A stretch of DNA of 61,036 nt, filler included, from 8 parts of 8 records of this genome joined end to end with filler, not necessarily neighbours in it; one strand, 5' to 3'. Shown: positions 11,601 through 26,408, counted from the first letter of the whole stretch. A program made the numbers and translations. The notes: generated by a model from the sequence alone, not told the origin.

Positions 11601-14600
11601 CCTCTGCCGCTGTGTCATCATGCCCCAATACCGCCTGCGTTCAGGCTGGCGCAGATACGCAAGCGCTGCAGTGGCGGCCTTGTTGCCCGTTTTAACTTCT
11701 TGCAACACTGCCATTGCCTCAGGATTCGGTGGAATGTTGAGCTCCTCGTTGCCCTGCAGCATCAGTGGTACCATGCACATGGCCTCCAGCCCAGCTATTG
11801 CATTGCGTGCCTCCTTGTCGTTAATCATGAGACGCTTCAGTTCGCATAGGTTGAAGCACTCTTGGAGGCAGTCAAATGTTTCATCGTCCTGGCACATGTC
11901 TTCCAGTGCCTCAAGTGTTCTCGGCTGCAAGCCGATGGTTGGTAGAAAATTCGTCATTATCTTCATAAGCACAGCCAGCTCCTTCGGCCGTGGCGAATCT
12001 GCCAACATGCCAGCATCTGTCATCTGCTGCTGTTGCATCAACTTCCGTTCTTTTTTCGACACGCATAGGCTCTTCCACCACGCTGAAAACTCTTGGTGGT
12101 CAACAACCCCGTCGCCTGATGCGTCCATGGCTGCCCATGCAGCGTCCATCTCGCTTACACTCAAGTGAAACCCGAGGTCTTTGGCAAGCATTTCACCTGC
12201 TTGGTCAAACTCCTCGTGGTCTAATGTCCCGGATCCATCCTGATCGAGCTGCTCGAACACTGCCGTGATGTCACCTGTGCGGGTGTTGTTCTGCAGCGCT
12301 TGCTGCAAGTTGGTTGCATCGGGCCCATTGTTGTCGAGATCGTTGATCTTATTCACTGTATCCTGGAGGGACTGCATGCCCTTCGGGTCCGGGCGGTAGC
12401 CTTTTGCGAGCTTGTCCAGAGCGTCAAACTCCTCTGAGTTGTCCTTCATCATACTCAGTGGGATTTCGACGGTTTGGTATAGCTCCGTTGTGTCGCCAGC
12501 ATACTCAGCGTACTTTTTCATCCACGGATGAACGGAAGCCTTAAAGAAGAATCGCTTCGTTTTCTCAATCACAACATCCTTGGCGTCTTGCAGCTTAAGT
12601 TTTGAGGGCGGCCATAATTCATTCTTGCCAGGCCAGCTGATCTCCACGTTGTATTCCTCCAGTTTTGACGTGTCTTTGCCAGCTGACTGCAGCGTGAATA
12701 TGTACTCCATCGTGTCAAGTGCCTCCTTCATCTCTGGTACCTTATCTTGATACTTGGCTGCTTGCTGGTGCAAAAATTGAACTCCATCTGTGTTGGCCTC
12801 TGCACCGAGCAACAGCTTGTCGAGTGCCGCAAGTGCTTTGTCCCGCGTAGTTTCATCTGGCTCGTTGGCGGCGATCGTCTGCAACCGCTCGACACCTACA
12901 GGGTCGGGACCGACCACTTTGTCTCTATATGGCTGCCCGTTCATGATGAAGTGCACTGCGATGATAATACCGATGAATCCAGCTGCAATGACCACCATGA
13001 GGTCAACAACAGCCAAAATAGCCACGCCAACTGCAGTATCAGCCACAAAAGACTTCACCAGTGATGATAACGCCATGACTGCCCCACAGCACGCAAAAAA
13101 TATGGCTCTGAACTGTTCGAACTTGCTCGAGTTTGTCCAGCGTGTTTGAATGTTCTCTTGCCATGATGGTGTTAGTCTTCTCATGACAGCGATAGCTGCT
13201 TTGTCATCTGCTAGTAGTTTGTCTAAGCCTATCAACTCTAACTCCTTTTCTTTCAGAACGAGATGCTCCCGGAGCTCCTCCATCGCCACCAGTCCATTTA
13301 GGCACTTGATCGCTCGCACATCGCTTTTCAACACAAGCTTCAGCTCTGCGCGGTTTTCCCAGCCAGCTAAAGCAGCTTCTGCGGCAGAAGATGAAGAAAG
13401 TAACTCGCGCACCATGTTGAACGTTTCCTCTCGGGTCGGCCAGATCATTTTCTGAAGATTTTGCACACCAGCAGTGATAAAATCCTTGTTTTCGCCATCC
13501 TGCGCCTGGATGATGTCGTCTAACGCCTTTATCTCATCGGGTTCTGCCGGTCCACTGCCATGGCGCAGTCGATACAGTGCAGCTGCTGTTGAAAATGAAT
13601 CAGCTTCTCCCACAATTTCAGAGGCATGATCAACGGAGGCTGCAGAAGCACCCTTGTTGCGTGTAATTTGTCGCAGAGCCTTTCTCCACTGCTTGTTTTT
13701 GCCTGCGGCTAGGAGCAGCTTCTCCATTTCTTCCGAAAGTCGGTCGGTCAGGTAGCGCTTGATGAGGGCCAGCTTACGTCTCTGTGGAGATGTGTCAAGT
13801 TCAAGGGTTCCCAAAAAAGCTGCCGCAAATCCACCAGTTACCTCAGGAGCCGGCTCAAACTTGTTTATCGTATTTTCAATCACGTTCAAGACGGCGGGAT
13901 TGATTCCCAGGAACTTTGACAAGCAGTAGGCAATCGCTACCATGTATTTGGCACGCATTGGTCGTCTCAGTGCAGCTTCCATTTCGACATCCACATCCTC
14001 AACGTAAGCTAAATCGACCAGCGCAACATTTCGCCCGAGGACCCGCTTGGTTTCCTTTTTCTTCACTTTCGATTCTTCTTGAAGCTGGTCCAACGATGGC
14101 TCCTGAGGATCGAGCTTGCCGAGTTTCTCCATCTCTTTCAGCTGCTTGACTGAGTTCTTCTTTGCTGGAGCTTTCAAGTCTGATTTTGTGCGAGCAATGA
14201 CAATCGAAGCAGCTTTTCGGAGTAGGGCTTGAAGCTCGGCGTTCAAATTTGCTGTGTCTGCCGCGGCAATCAAGCGCTCGACGGCATCACTTGTCGCTAG
14301 CTCTTCCTCGACAACCTGAGTTGCGCTAGGGACGAATTCCATTCTCAACGTGATTGTGCCCAACGGTGCCCCAGGCAGACCACGCTCTTGAGGCATTCCA
14401 CGGGTTGGCTCTACGTCGAACTCGAACTCCTGTGCCGCGCCGCCAGTACTGAGGATGCTGAGTGGAAACGTGACGCAGCCCATCGGCTTGGTTTTCCCGC
14501 CTCGATCTTCATCAAAAATGTACACCTCAACAATTGCGCGTGTACGGTTGACTACGCGGAAGTTGAACGTAGCGGCATCGGCATTGTTGAGTTCCCATTC

Positions 14601-17363
14601 AGGATTGAGATTGTCCTGGATGACCTGAGTCACGCGTTGGTGTCCCTCTACGCGGACGGAACAGAAAGGGTCGCTTTTTCCCATAGTGTCTACCTTGAGA
14701 AGTCTACTGGCTTTGACCACTGTGAACATAAGCGAGCCCTTGGCATCGTCTGAGACGGCAGATGCTGTCGGTGTGCTCTCGGTGACCGGCTCGACCATTC
14801 GTTTCAACATGTCATGCTTCGCTGCGTTTCCACCGGTCCAGAGCCACATCAAAACATTGATGTGATTTGGATCTGTGTCCTTCGCTTCTGCCAACACGTG
14901 CACTGCTGATAGTTGCGCTTCCGATAGTGGTCGTCTTGCAAGCAAGCTCTGAAACGCAGGCAGCGTGCTTCGATTTTGTGACTGGTACCTGAGCATTCGG
15001 ACGAGGGAGATGTCCGTAGACACAATGTAATCGGGCTCAAACTCTGCAGCATATTTTTGCATAGCTTCGGCATCCGTAGCACTGGCATTCTGGCCCGCTG
15101 TAGAAGTATCTGGGGTAGAATCATCAGCATCAGCATCTTCATCATTTCCGCCCTGCACACGTTCGGCGAGCTCGAGATCATCGTCCATTGCAGCCAGTGG
15201 ATTGGCGAACCTGACTGCGTCATTTGCTGCGGTTGTAGTAGCTGCAGGTCCTTGCGTGGCTGGTTTCGACTCTGGCATTTCCGTTGGCCAGTGGCCATCA
15301 AACAATGATTCTAGCCCACTGTTGCTCAGCGTTGGTGGACCTTTCCGGCCAGTGAGTGCCGAACCATCGAGCACCTCTTTTGCCAAGACGTGCAGTGCCG
15401 CAGCGTCTGTCTTGCTTATATCGGAATAGCCCTGAGCCATACGAATGAGGGTATCCTTAGGCGAGCCCGAATCGGAATCGCCTGTCGGTGCGTCAGCAGG
15501 AGCTAGCGTAGACGCAGAGTCAACTTCGGTGTCAGACTCGTCTGGACGTCCGCTAGACCATTCGAGCTGCGATGCTGCCTCTAGTTCCCACGCCACGTTC
15601 GTCAGCTTAGTGTACTCCTCTACTGCGTGGGAAAGCTGCTTGGCGTCTTCCGTGTACACACCTCGGGACTGAAATGCGAGCAAGTTTGCACAGTCCGTTG
15701 CATCCATTGCAACGTCGAGCACTAAATTTTGGAGGCTTCGCGCCACGCTCACAGGCAACGTCTTCTTCACCGCCATGTACAGCACAGAAGCTAGTCCGCG
15801 CGGTGCCTCACCTCCAGGCTCTTTCATGTAATGCATGAACTCGCGGAATCCACGAGGGCACAAGAGTCCCCCCTTGGGACTTCGCGGACTTGCAGGTCCA
15901 TCACCCATCTCTCCACCGTCATCCTCACCCTCATCCTCAGAGTCGAGAAACTCTCCTGCAATGTCGGCACGGTTCGCCTTCTTTACTTGTCGTGATCGCT
16001 TTGCTGCGTCGTCCTTCATGGTGGCGTCCTCTTGGGCTCGAAGTTTTTCTGCCGCTTTTTCTGCCTTCTTGTCCTGTCGACTCTTTTTTTTCGATTTTGT
16101 TGACGCATCCATTGTAGCGAGATCAGCTACTGGAGTTTCTGTCGATCCTGCCTGAGCATCATCCTTGCCCTGATTTGTAAGTTCATCCAGAAAGGGCTTC
16201 AAGTTTTCCAAAAACTCATGCTCAGAAATCTCGTCGTCACCATTGACGTCAAATTTTGCCTTGACGGCAGCGCGCCCTTCGTCACTTTGATAGTACTGCA
16301 ACACAGTTTTAAAGCCAGCCTTGATCTGCTGCTGGCTTTCCGGGTCCACTTCCGTTTTGAGCATGGCATCTCGTGATTCTCTTACGAGAGCAAGAACAAC
16401 GGCATCGACCTCATGAGAAGTTAGTGTGCCGGTGCTGTCCTTGTCAAAACTCTCAAAGATCTGCCTCGCTTCTACCTCGTCAATGTTGGCATCTGCCATG
16501 GCCTTTTTCATGAACGCAGCTCCGGCCAGAAGCTGGTCTTTGCCCGGAGTCGCTTGTGGACGAAGAGGTGCGCCGGATTCAATTTCGTCGATCAGGTCGT
16601 CGATTAATGCGATTTGATCCTCTGGAGACAACCCAGTTGTTGACCAGGCGGCACAGCCTCGCCCGACCAAAATCTGCTTTCGCACTACAGTTGCAAGGTC
16701 ACCCTCCGGATTGGATAAGACATCCTTGCAGAAGCGTAGCACAAACTGTGAAGCCTCCGAATCGAGACCAATGAGGCTACAAATGAACCCAGCTAGCTCT
16801 CGTGGCAGCACAGGTCGCTCGTGAATTAGTGCTCGCAGGACTTGGACGGTACCTAGAGCCTCGTCGTCTGTATCCACGGCGGATGCTTCGTGGCGGATGA
16901 GTGCCTGGGCTTCTACAATTACTGACACCGCACCCGGCCCGGCGTTCTCTGCCGCCCGCCAGCCGAAGCTGCTTAGGTATTGCTTTAGAACTCCTTTGGC
17001 AAGCGCTGCTGCCTCCATACCGGCAATCTCCGCGGGAGTCACGCCGACGCCGTCGTGCAGCTTGAGCATGCTCATCATCGCCCCATCGTCGACCTGCATG
17101 TCTCGCCCTAACCGGAATATAGCTCGCTTCTGGTGACGAGTCAGACGCTCACCAGCGATGATTTTCAGGCACGCTGACCGTCCCGCGTTGTTTGCTCCCA
17201 GTCTGGACGCGATGAACTTCTTCGTCCGTAATGACGGCGGCAAGTGGTCCGTCATAGTGTCCATTGCTGCATTCGCCTTCGCCATCAGCCCACTTCCTGC
17301 GGATTCCTCAGAGCCCTCCGGCACCACGCTCTGGTCCTGCGCTCCAGCCTTGTCGTCCGTCAT
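8613..17363 (-). CDS. Very large (~2,900 aa) apparently intronless membrane protein: EF-hand pair, C2 domain, second EF-hand pair, DUF4203/TMEM198-like multi-TM region, two tetraspanin-like 4-TM repeats
   Basis: Single uninterrupted ORF 8613-17381 with first ATG at 17363. EF loops DKDSTGTLTSHE and DVNGDDEISEHE (~16450-16200), DQDGSGTLDHEE and DASGDGVVDHQE (~12250-12080). C2: LMFTVVKASRLLKVDTMGKSDPFC...NLNPEW...VYIFDED...MG (~14735-14330). Gly-rich TM bundle ~11360-10740; further TM helices ~10560-9460. Confidence 0.85.
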   Translation of the reverse strand: MTDDKAGAQDQSVVPEGSEESAGSGLMAKANAAMDTMTDHLPPSLRTKKFIASRLGANNAGRSACLKIIAGERLTRHQKRAIFRLGRDMQVDDGAMMSMLKLHDGVGVTPAEIAGMEAAALAKGVLKQYLSSFGWRAAENAGPGAVSVIVEAQALIRHEASAVDTDDEALGTVQVLRALIHERPVLPRELAGFICSLIGLDSEASQFVLRFCKDVLSNPEGDLATVVRKQILVGRGCAAWSTTGLSPEDQIALIDDLIDEIESGAPLRPQATPGKDQLLAGAAFMKKAMADANIDEVEARQIFESFDKDSTGTLTSHEVDAVVLALVRESRDAMLKTEVDPESQQQIKAGFKTVLQYYQSDEGRAAVKAKFDVNGDDEISEHEFLENLKPFLDELTNQGKDDAQAGSTETPVADLATMDASTKSKKKSRQDKKAEKAAEKLRAQEDATMKDDAAKRSRQVKKANRADIAGEFLDSEDEGEDDGGEMGDGPASPRSPKGGLLCPRGFREFMHYMKEPGGEAPRGLASVLYMAVKKTLPVSVARSLQNLVLDVAMDATDCANLLAFQSRGVYTEDAKQLSHAVEEYTKLTNVAWELEAASQLEWSSGRPDESDTEVDSASTLAPADAPTGDSDSGSPKDTLIRMAQGYSDISKTDAAALHVLAKEVLDGSALTGRKGPPTLSNSGLESLFDGHWPTEMPESKPATQGPAATTTAANDAVRFANPLAAMDDDLELAERVQGGNDEDADADDSTPDTSTAGQNASATDAEAMQKYAAEFEPDYIVSTDISLVRMLRYQSQNRSTLPAFQSLLARRPLSEAQLSAVHVLAEAKDTDPNHINVLMWLWTGGNAAKHDMLKRMVEPVTESTPTASAVSDDAKGSLMFTVVKASRLLKVDTMGKSDPFCSVRVEGHQRVTQVIQDNLNPEWELNNADAATFNFRVVNRTRAIVEVYIFDEDRGGKTKPMGCVTFPLSILSTGGAAQEFEFDVEPTRGMPQERGLPGAPLGTITLRMEFVPSATQVVEEELATSDAVERLIAAADTANLNAELQALLRKAASIVIARTKSDLKAPAKKNSVKQLKEMEKLGKLDPQEPSLDQLQEESKVKKKETKRVLGRNVALVDLAYVEDVDVEMEAALRRPMRAKYMVAIAYCLSKFLGINPAVLNVIENTINKFEPAPEVTGGFAAAFLGTLELDTSPQRRKLALIKRYLTDRLSEEMEKLLLAAGKNKQWRKALRQITRNKGASAASVDHASEIVGEADSFSTAAALYRLRHGSGPAEPDEIKALDDIIQAQDGENKDFITAGVQNLQKMIWPTREETFNMVRELLSSSSAAEAALAGWENRAELKLVLKSDVRAIKCLNGLVAMEELREHLVLKEKELELIGLDKLLADDKAAIAVMRRLTPSWQENIQTRWTNSSKFEQFRAIFFACCGAVMALSSLVKSFVADTAVGVAILAVVDLMVVIAAGFIGIIIAVHFIMNGQPYRDKVVGPDPVGVERLQTIAANEPDETTRDKALAALDKLLLGAEANTDGVQFLHQQAAKYQDKVPEMKEALDTMEYIFTLQSAGKDTSKLEEYNVEISWPGKNELWPPSKLKLQDAKDVVIEKTKRFFFKASVHPWMKKYAEYAGDTTELYQTVEIPLSMMKDNSEEFDALDKLAKGYRPDPKGMQSLQDTVNKINDLDNNGPDATNLQQALQNNTRTGDITAVFEQLDQDGSGTLDHEEFDQAGEMLAKDLGFHLSVSEMDAAWAAMDASGDGVVDHQEFSAWWKSLCVSKKERKLMQQQQMTDAGMLADSPRPKELAVLMKIMTNFLPTIGLQPRTLEALEDMCQDDETFDCLQECFNLCELKRLMINDKEARNAIAGLEAMCMVPLMLQGNEELNIPPNPEAMAVLQEVKTGNKAATAALAYLRQPERRRYWGMMTQRQRRLFMSVCTAGSLPLMVATGILDTGDLDVGGLVVSSMTPVEGSTSGSWDDIDDILVGDSSWDNSTVTTQVPVYTEGSYTNPSFYILGLIPMVTSLFVNFFGQRIASLITLTTVFISAAGTGINAALAAPGGFTPAKFMGCFAGVFAGGTALKVASGNIKFAYGVQGATIGAVVSQFSSSIWRPRLLWLIPEMDTPALMGWVDLTVGGAFGAGAAYLSNQYRNIISIFATAGLGTLGTVQTMVSYGIPGMDGFTMSSLSASGMPIPTDFGGFLALGVVGASLWGGTMNQFKMDSMDFSLPAITTYERFLTKIEKGMSLIFALNEFINKAEGLDTNELMEQVLAARDKMSGYIALGANLMQFSLCFGFVADFVVNFQAGVFDAVPWVGVTSLVMAIVTPAMAAVGTIAGICTQPQLLDRMLEVKVPPFAQKFFPNVFPIGRESFIIKFGPVGKYLQQLSFYMSTVNGFISMVIVGVSWLTAEMYRIDVLANWDELQLSMPEGMTVEQAMDRVSGSVSGLGDSAMGLVSILIASITSTAYDLGGSSWLIVHLVEMENFFILGSGLLVSSVGLTMGMQYPAGNYMFGPLGVIGLGTSVFGVLQSVPFFEQKFPDIMYTLHQAQLILAGGLGFMFVGVLTVARSTDAFVANNWNGCHYDFVCEYSPGDYALNYSLSEYATAHNINQEQMVGKLKPMLYASAMSCLTSLMMLLGGSNLAKYAYYMTIMSRREELAATAAGGSTTQSRHAALTKKVRGQRQADITAATRAMRASAIKELEEAALIMEFATGVSMEQHFDLAAHDEIMAEIDKAAAIESNAAAVTKAAIPGKSSLPSVPDIGLPTDIHGGGIDDLNLVDAQAALGEGGMTPEQMQARGKKQLDKMTGGVDEFDMSSHHDQMKHAAKMGVQDTGSSLATLARALGDDGVRTEFHDNREDEKIPLKSRIKGAKQLMERVKNDNLAGWDGLDIQAKRTLLYEAMQAEVEGGSMMPSVSLNSLFERRL

Positions 17364-18602
17364 TTTCACTGGTGTTTTCACGGTGAACCGTGCAGCGATG
17401 CAGCGCTAAGACCAACGATGCGCCGCCTGAGCAGGAGCACAAGAACCTGTGTTGATGCAGGGATCGAGAGTGTGCTGTCTGAGAGACCCGCTGGGGCCCG
17501 CGGTCAGCTACGCGACGGTGTGTGGGGCTCGCGCGTACTGTAGTTTGGTTTTGGCCGGAGCCGCCGTGAGACACGTCACAGGTCGAAACACGCGCCTGCG
17601 CGCGTACAATAATCATCGTATACATGTACAGTAGTACTATCCCGGCATAGTAGCATTTACAATGTTTTAACATTTACTCGAAGTACTGTGTACACTGTAC
17701 CCACAGTATAGTACTAGTACAGTACAGGTCAAGAGGTACAGGTACAGAGTACCTGTACTTGTTCATCTATGAATGCAGAATGGTACAATTCGAATACCTG
17801 GTAGGATCCTACTGTAATAGTAACGAGTTAGTCTCAGAGGCGGTCGTCATGCGTCCTGCTCTGGTATGATTTGGAAGCCCCAGCTATTCATATAGATATA
17901 CTGTAGTTGGTTCTGGTAGCACTACGATGGCGTCGATGCTCAATACCGTGGTAGCAGTGAAATTTCACTGAAAAAATTGCGGTCGAGTGTACCCGGCTAC
18001 ATGTGTTAGCACTGTTACTGTAGCACATCGTATCATGTACCTGGGTACTATTGATAGCTACTAGATCTCTAGTCGATCGATCTAGAGTACGGTAGCTATT
18101 CATCGTACAGCTGTAGTACCACATGTACGTACTATACATAGTACTGGTACCGTACTATTCAGAAGTTCAGGTATTCGAACATTATTGCAGATATGAACCG
18201 TACTAGGAATTCCTCTGAGTAGTAGCTAGTACATGAGAACGAAGTAATCAGCCTTTGCCGCGTTGCGCGCTCGATGTAGTAGTACTAGCTACAGTAGTAC
18301 AGCTGTACGTAGTAGTCGACTAGAGATGTTCCGATACGTGTATGGTAGCCAGCGCATTAATTGCCAACCGTTGCGTATTAACCGTTTTTCTCGCGATCCG
18401 GATCGGACTAGCGCTCTTCGTCATTTTTGTCCGGCTTCAGCCATTTGTATTTCAGGTGCAGCCCTATAGCGGTTTAGGAGAGCCGTTTCAAAAGGTCGTT
18501 TTCCGCGACTGCGGAATGGTCATGAGAAATGGCGGTTTTCACACTACGCATCACGATGAGTCCAGTGCGACGACTGATTTCGAGTTGTAATTCCTGACAC
18601 CA

Positions 18603-18620
18603 GGCATAAGGCCTTATGCC
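18603..18620. repeat. 18-bp perfect palindrome GGCATAAGGCCTTATGCC at contig end
   Basis: Self-complementary sequence directly before the spacer; resembles the hairpin core at 336-354. Confidence 0.85.
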
Positions 18621-18623
18621 CGG

Positions 18624-18723
18624 NNNNNNNNNNNNNNNNNNNNNNNNNNNNNNNNNNNNNNNNNNNNTTAATTAATTAANNNNNNNNNNNNNNNNNNNNN
18701 NNNNNNNNNNNNNNNNNNNNNNN
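18624..18723. other. Artificial contig spacer
   Basis: 44 N + TTAATTAATTAA + 44 N. Confidence 0.98.
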
Positions 18724-20018
18724 GCCAGAGCCAGAGCCAGAGCCAGAGCCGCCAGTCAATCCGTGAGTGGAGTGTTCCGTCAGCTCTCTGTCGGTAGCAT
18801 CACTCGTCGCTGCAATCAATCCAATCCCTCAGTCACTCCACAACGACAGGGGAAGGTCCCTTGCTTACCAACCGCACTTTCTCGTACACTGTGAATTGAC
18901 GCCGCAGGGACTACGGGACGAAGCAACTGGGTGGGCCGCCGGTGCTGGTACCACTCACACGGGATCCATTATTCATGCCTGCTGGGCGAGTTGGCCCTGC
19001 CGACGCCACAGTACGCTATAGGGTCGTCCATGCGCCACGGGTACCTATGAATGACTCCTGTCGGTTTGTTTTCTCTTGCATAGACAGTGTGGGTCTGTCG
19101 GGCTTTTTGTGCTGAGCTCTGGCAGCCCAGCCTCTGTGCAGCCAGGAATGACGGAAAACACGGTAGAAAGACCATAGTTCCTGCGTGCACCGTGGATGGC
19201 AGTCCAGCAACTTCATCAGTTTTCATTAAAATCCTGTACTGTTTTGGGCTGTCAATCAATGCAAAAGGTCTTATTGGTCCGTCGTCGAGGACCAGGTGGC
19301 AATTCGTGTGGGGCCGGGCACTACAGAGCCGATAATAGGGCTGGTGTACGAGGGCAGTGAAGTCGAGGCGTGCGAGCAGCAAGGCAACTGGCTGAAGCTA
19401 GCCGCCGAGGAGTGGCCACGTGGCACGGACCCGCGGAGGGGGGCGTGGATGATGCTGGATGGCGCGGAGGCTGGTCTAAGCGGGGCGCTGCTACGCAGGT
19501 TGCCACCGAGAAGCCGTTGGGACTGGCGTGTACAGCGCGGAGAAGACGGACGGTTCACGCTGCTGCCGCCGAAGCTGCCCTCGCACCCAGTGGCAGTAGT
19601 TGGAGCCGACCGAAAGCATACCAGGGCTGGGCGTACCTGCTACTCCAGTCAAAACCATGTCGTCTGAGCGCTGCTAAATATTGGTGCATTGGAACTCTTT
19701 TCTACAGAGCAGTTTAATTGCTGCTCAAGGCTATTGTTCATCGGAGCAGGTATGCTGACTCCTGCCAACATTACACGCTACACGGTCGTACACGCGCCAC
19801 GGGTAGCAATTCGTGCTGGGTCCAGCATCACCGAGCCGATTATCGGAGCGGCACACGAAGGCAGTGTGGTAGAGTCGTGTGGCCAGGAGGGCAATTGGCT
19901 GAGGCTGACAGCAGCTTGTTGGATACGGCTGACTGGCCGACAGGTGCGTGGAGCTGCCTGGATAATGATCGATGGCGCAGAGGTAGGACTGGGTCCACTG
20001 CTAAGTAGGACTAGCTAA
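18724..20018 (+). CDS. 5'-truncated multi-exon protein with EP repeat and two tandem SH3b-like domains
   Basis: Exons about 18724-18762, 18908-19040, 19296-~19632 and 19750-20018. Two homologous units: RYRVVHAPR|VAIRVGPGTTEPIIGLVYEGSEVEACEQQGNWLKL...GAWMMLDG and RYTVVHAPRVAIRAGSSITEPIIGAAHEGSVVESCGQEGNWLRL...AAWIMIDG. Confidence 0.7.
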
Positions 20019-20075
20019 TGGACGATAGCAACATTTTCAAACCTAAACTATCTAACAGCACTTGGGGAGTCGCTT

Positions 20076-24847
<4,772 letters not shown>

Positions 24848-25195
24848 GCCTCCAGCTGATGCCTCCAGCCAAGAAGAGGCTCAGCTGAGTCTCCCCTTGC
24901 CCCAGCTGATCGCTCCTGCCGAATGGTGTCAAAAATCTGGCCAGGCAGACAAAACGTCCCACAGCCGCCTGCACCCCTTCCACGCGCGGTCGCCGCGCTG
25001 CAGTCGCCGCGCGGCCCGCGCGCGCGGCGCGGGTGCCTGTTCGCGCGCGTGATTCAAATTCGCGCGACTGATGATCGCCGCCGCGCGGATCGGACGCGTG
25101 CGTTCGTGCGATGCATACAAGCGATACATCGCCGTTACCGATCGCGTAGAGTTTCCTTTTTGATTTGATTCGGAGCAGGAGGAAGAGGCACGAGA

Positions 25196-25295
25196 NNNNN
25201 NNNNNNNNNNNNNNNNNNNNNNNNNNNNNNNNNNNNNNNTTAATTAATTAANNNNNNNNNNNNNNNNNNNNNNNNNNNNNNNNNNNNNNNNNNNN
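25196..25295. other. Artificial contig spacer
   Basis: 44 N + TTAATTAATTAA + 44 N. Confidence 0.98.
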
Positions 25296-25372
25296 GTGGT
25301 CGCCCTGTTTAGCCCTCCCATACTGTTGACTGGGGGGAGAAGGAGCGTGGAGGACAGACAGAGCCGCGCTGC

Positions 25373-26329
25373 TTGTGGTGGGTGTTTTGGTGCTGGATGC
25401 ACCCCCGTGCTGGGGATGGTGGTGTCGGCGTTGACGAGATGGAACGGAGTCACGCGGCGAGAGCGATCCAGGCCTGCCGACGCGGGCAGCTCGGGCGGCG
25501 GCGTGTGCTGGCGCTGCTCGAGGCGCGCGATGCTGTGGTGGAGGAGCTGAAGAAGGCGAAGCTGACAGGACGGCGAGCGAAAGTGCCAGCGAACGGTAGA
25601 GCGAAGACGCCAGCGCGCAGCGAGGCGAGTGCGCAGCTGCACGTGCGGAGGACGCGTGCGGGGAACATCTCAGACCGCGCGCAAAGGGCCGCCGCGGTCG
25701 CTAAAGCGCGGTGCGAGGTGGCGGCGAAGGCGCAGCTGGCTGGAGACGAGGTCCCGCTCGAGCAGCTGCTCGACGCCGCGTGTGTTGAGCTGCGCGGATG
25801 GGCGAGGAGCTGCCCGGGCTTGGTGGATGGCGATGTGGGCGAGCTACTCGCCGAGTGCGAGCGCGGTGTATCCGACAGCTTGCTGGGTGTGACGGTCGCC
25901 GAGCTACGCGAACTGTCGCTGCACGCCCCGCAGCATTCTGAGCTGAACTCGCTACTCCAGGAGTGTGAGCACGCCGTATTGTCGCGGCGTGACCACGCGT
26001 TGGCAGCACCCGTCGAATCCGACGCCTTGCTGAACACTATGTGCGAGCTGCAGTCGCTGTGCGCCAGCCGCCCAGATGACGAAGCCCTCGCATTGCTCTT
26101 GCAGGAGTGCAATGCGGAAGCAGACCGACGCAAGGCGTTGTCACGGCAGGTCACGCTGGGGGATGTGGCAGCAACCGAGATACAGATTGGCGAGCTGGTT
26201 GCTCAGGCAACCACGCCTCACGTTGGTCAGGGCATCGAGCAGCTACGTGGCTTACGCGAGGAATGCAGGCGAGAGGTGAAAAGCCAGAAGAAAGCTAGTC
26301 GGCGGCGGCAACGCCCCTCTGCAGCCTAA
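25373..26329 (+). CDS. Hypothetical alpha-helical protein with repeated LL.ECE-type motifs; true start uncertain
   Basis: 318-codon ORF with natural composition and internal repeats (ELLAECERG, SLLQECEHA, LLLQECNAE, LREECRRE); convergent with the NACHT gene. Confidence 0.55.
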   Translation: MWWVFWCWMHPRAGDGGVGVDEMERSHAARAIQACRRGQLGRRRVLALLEARDAVVEELKKAKLTGRRAKVPANGRAKTPARSEASAQLHVRRTRAGNISDRAQRAAAVAKARCEVAAKAQLAGDEVPLEQLLDAACVELRGWARSCPGLVDGDVGELLAECERGVSDSLLGVTVAELRELSLHAPQHSELNSLLQECEHAVLSRRDHALAAPVESDALLNTMCELQSLCASRPDDEALALLLQECNAEADRRKALSRQVTLGDVAATEIQIGELVAQATTPHVGQGIEQLRGLREECRREVKSQKKASRRRQRPSAA

Positions 26330-26408
26330 TGTATCCTCTCCGGCAGCAGGTCTTCACGGGCAACCAGCGAAACGTGTGTTCATAGACCTCCCATGACGAT
26401 GAGCAGGT

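Noticed and set aside
8560-17409. Many 60-250 aa plus-strand ORFs opposite the large gene, and similar shadow ORFs throughout the window
   Set aside because: Antisense shadows of GC-rich coding sequence with no recognisable motifs.
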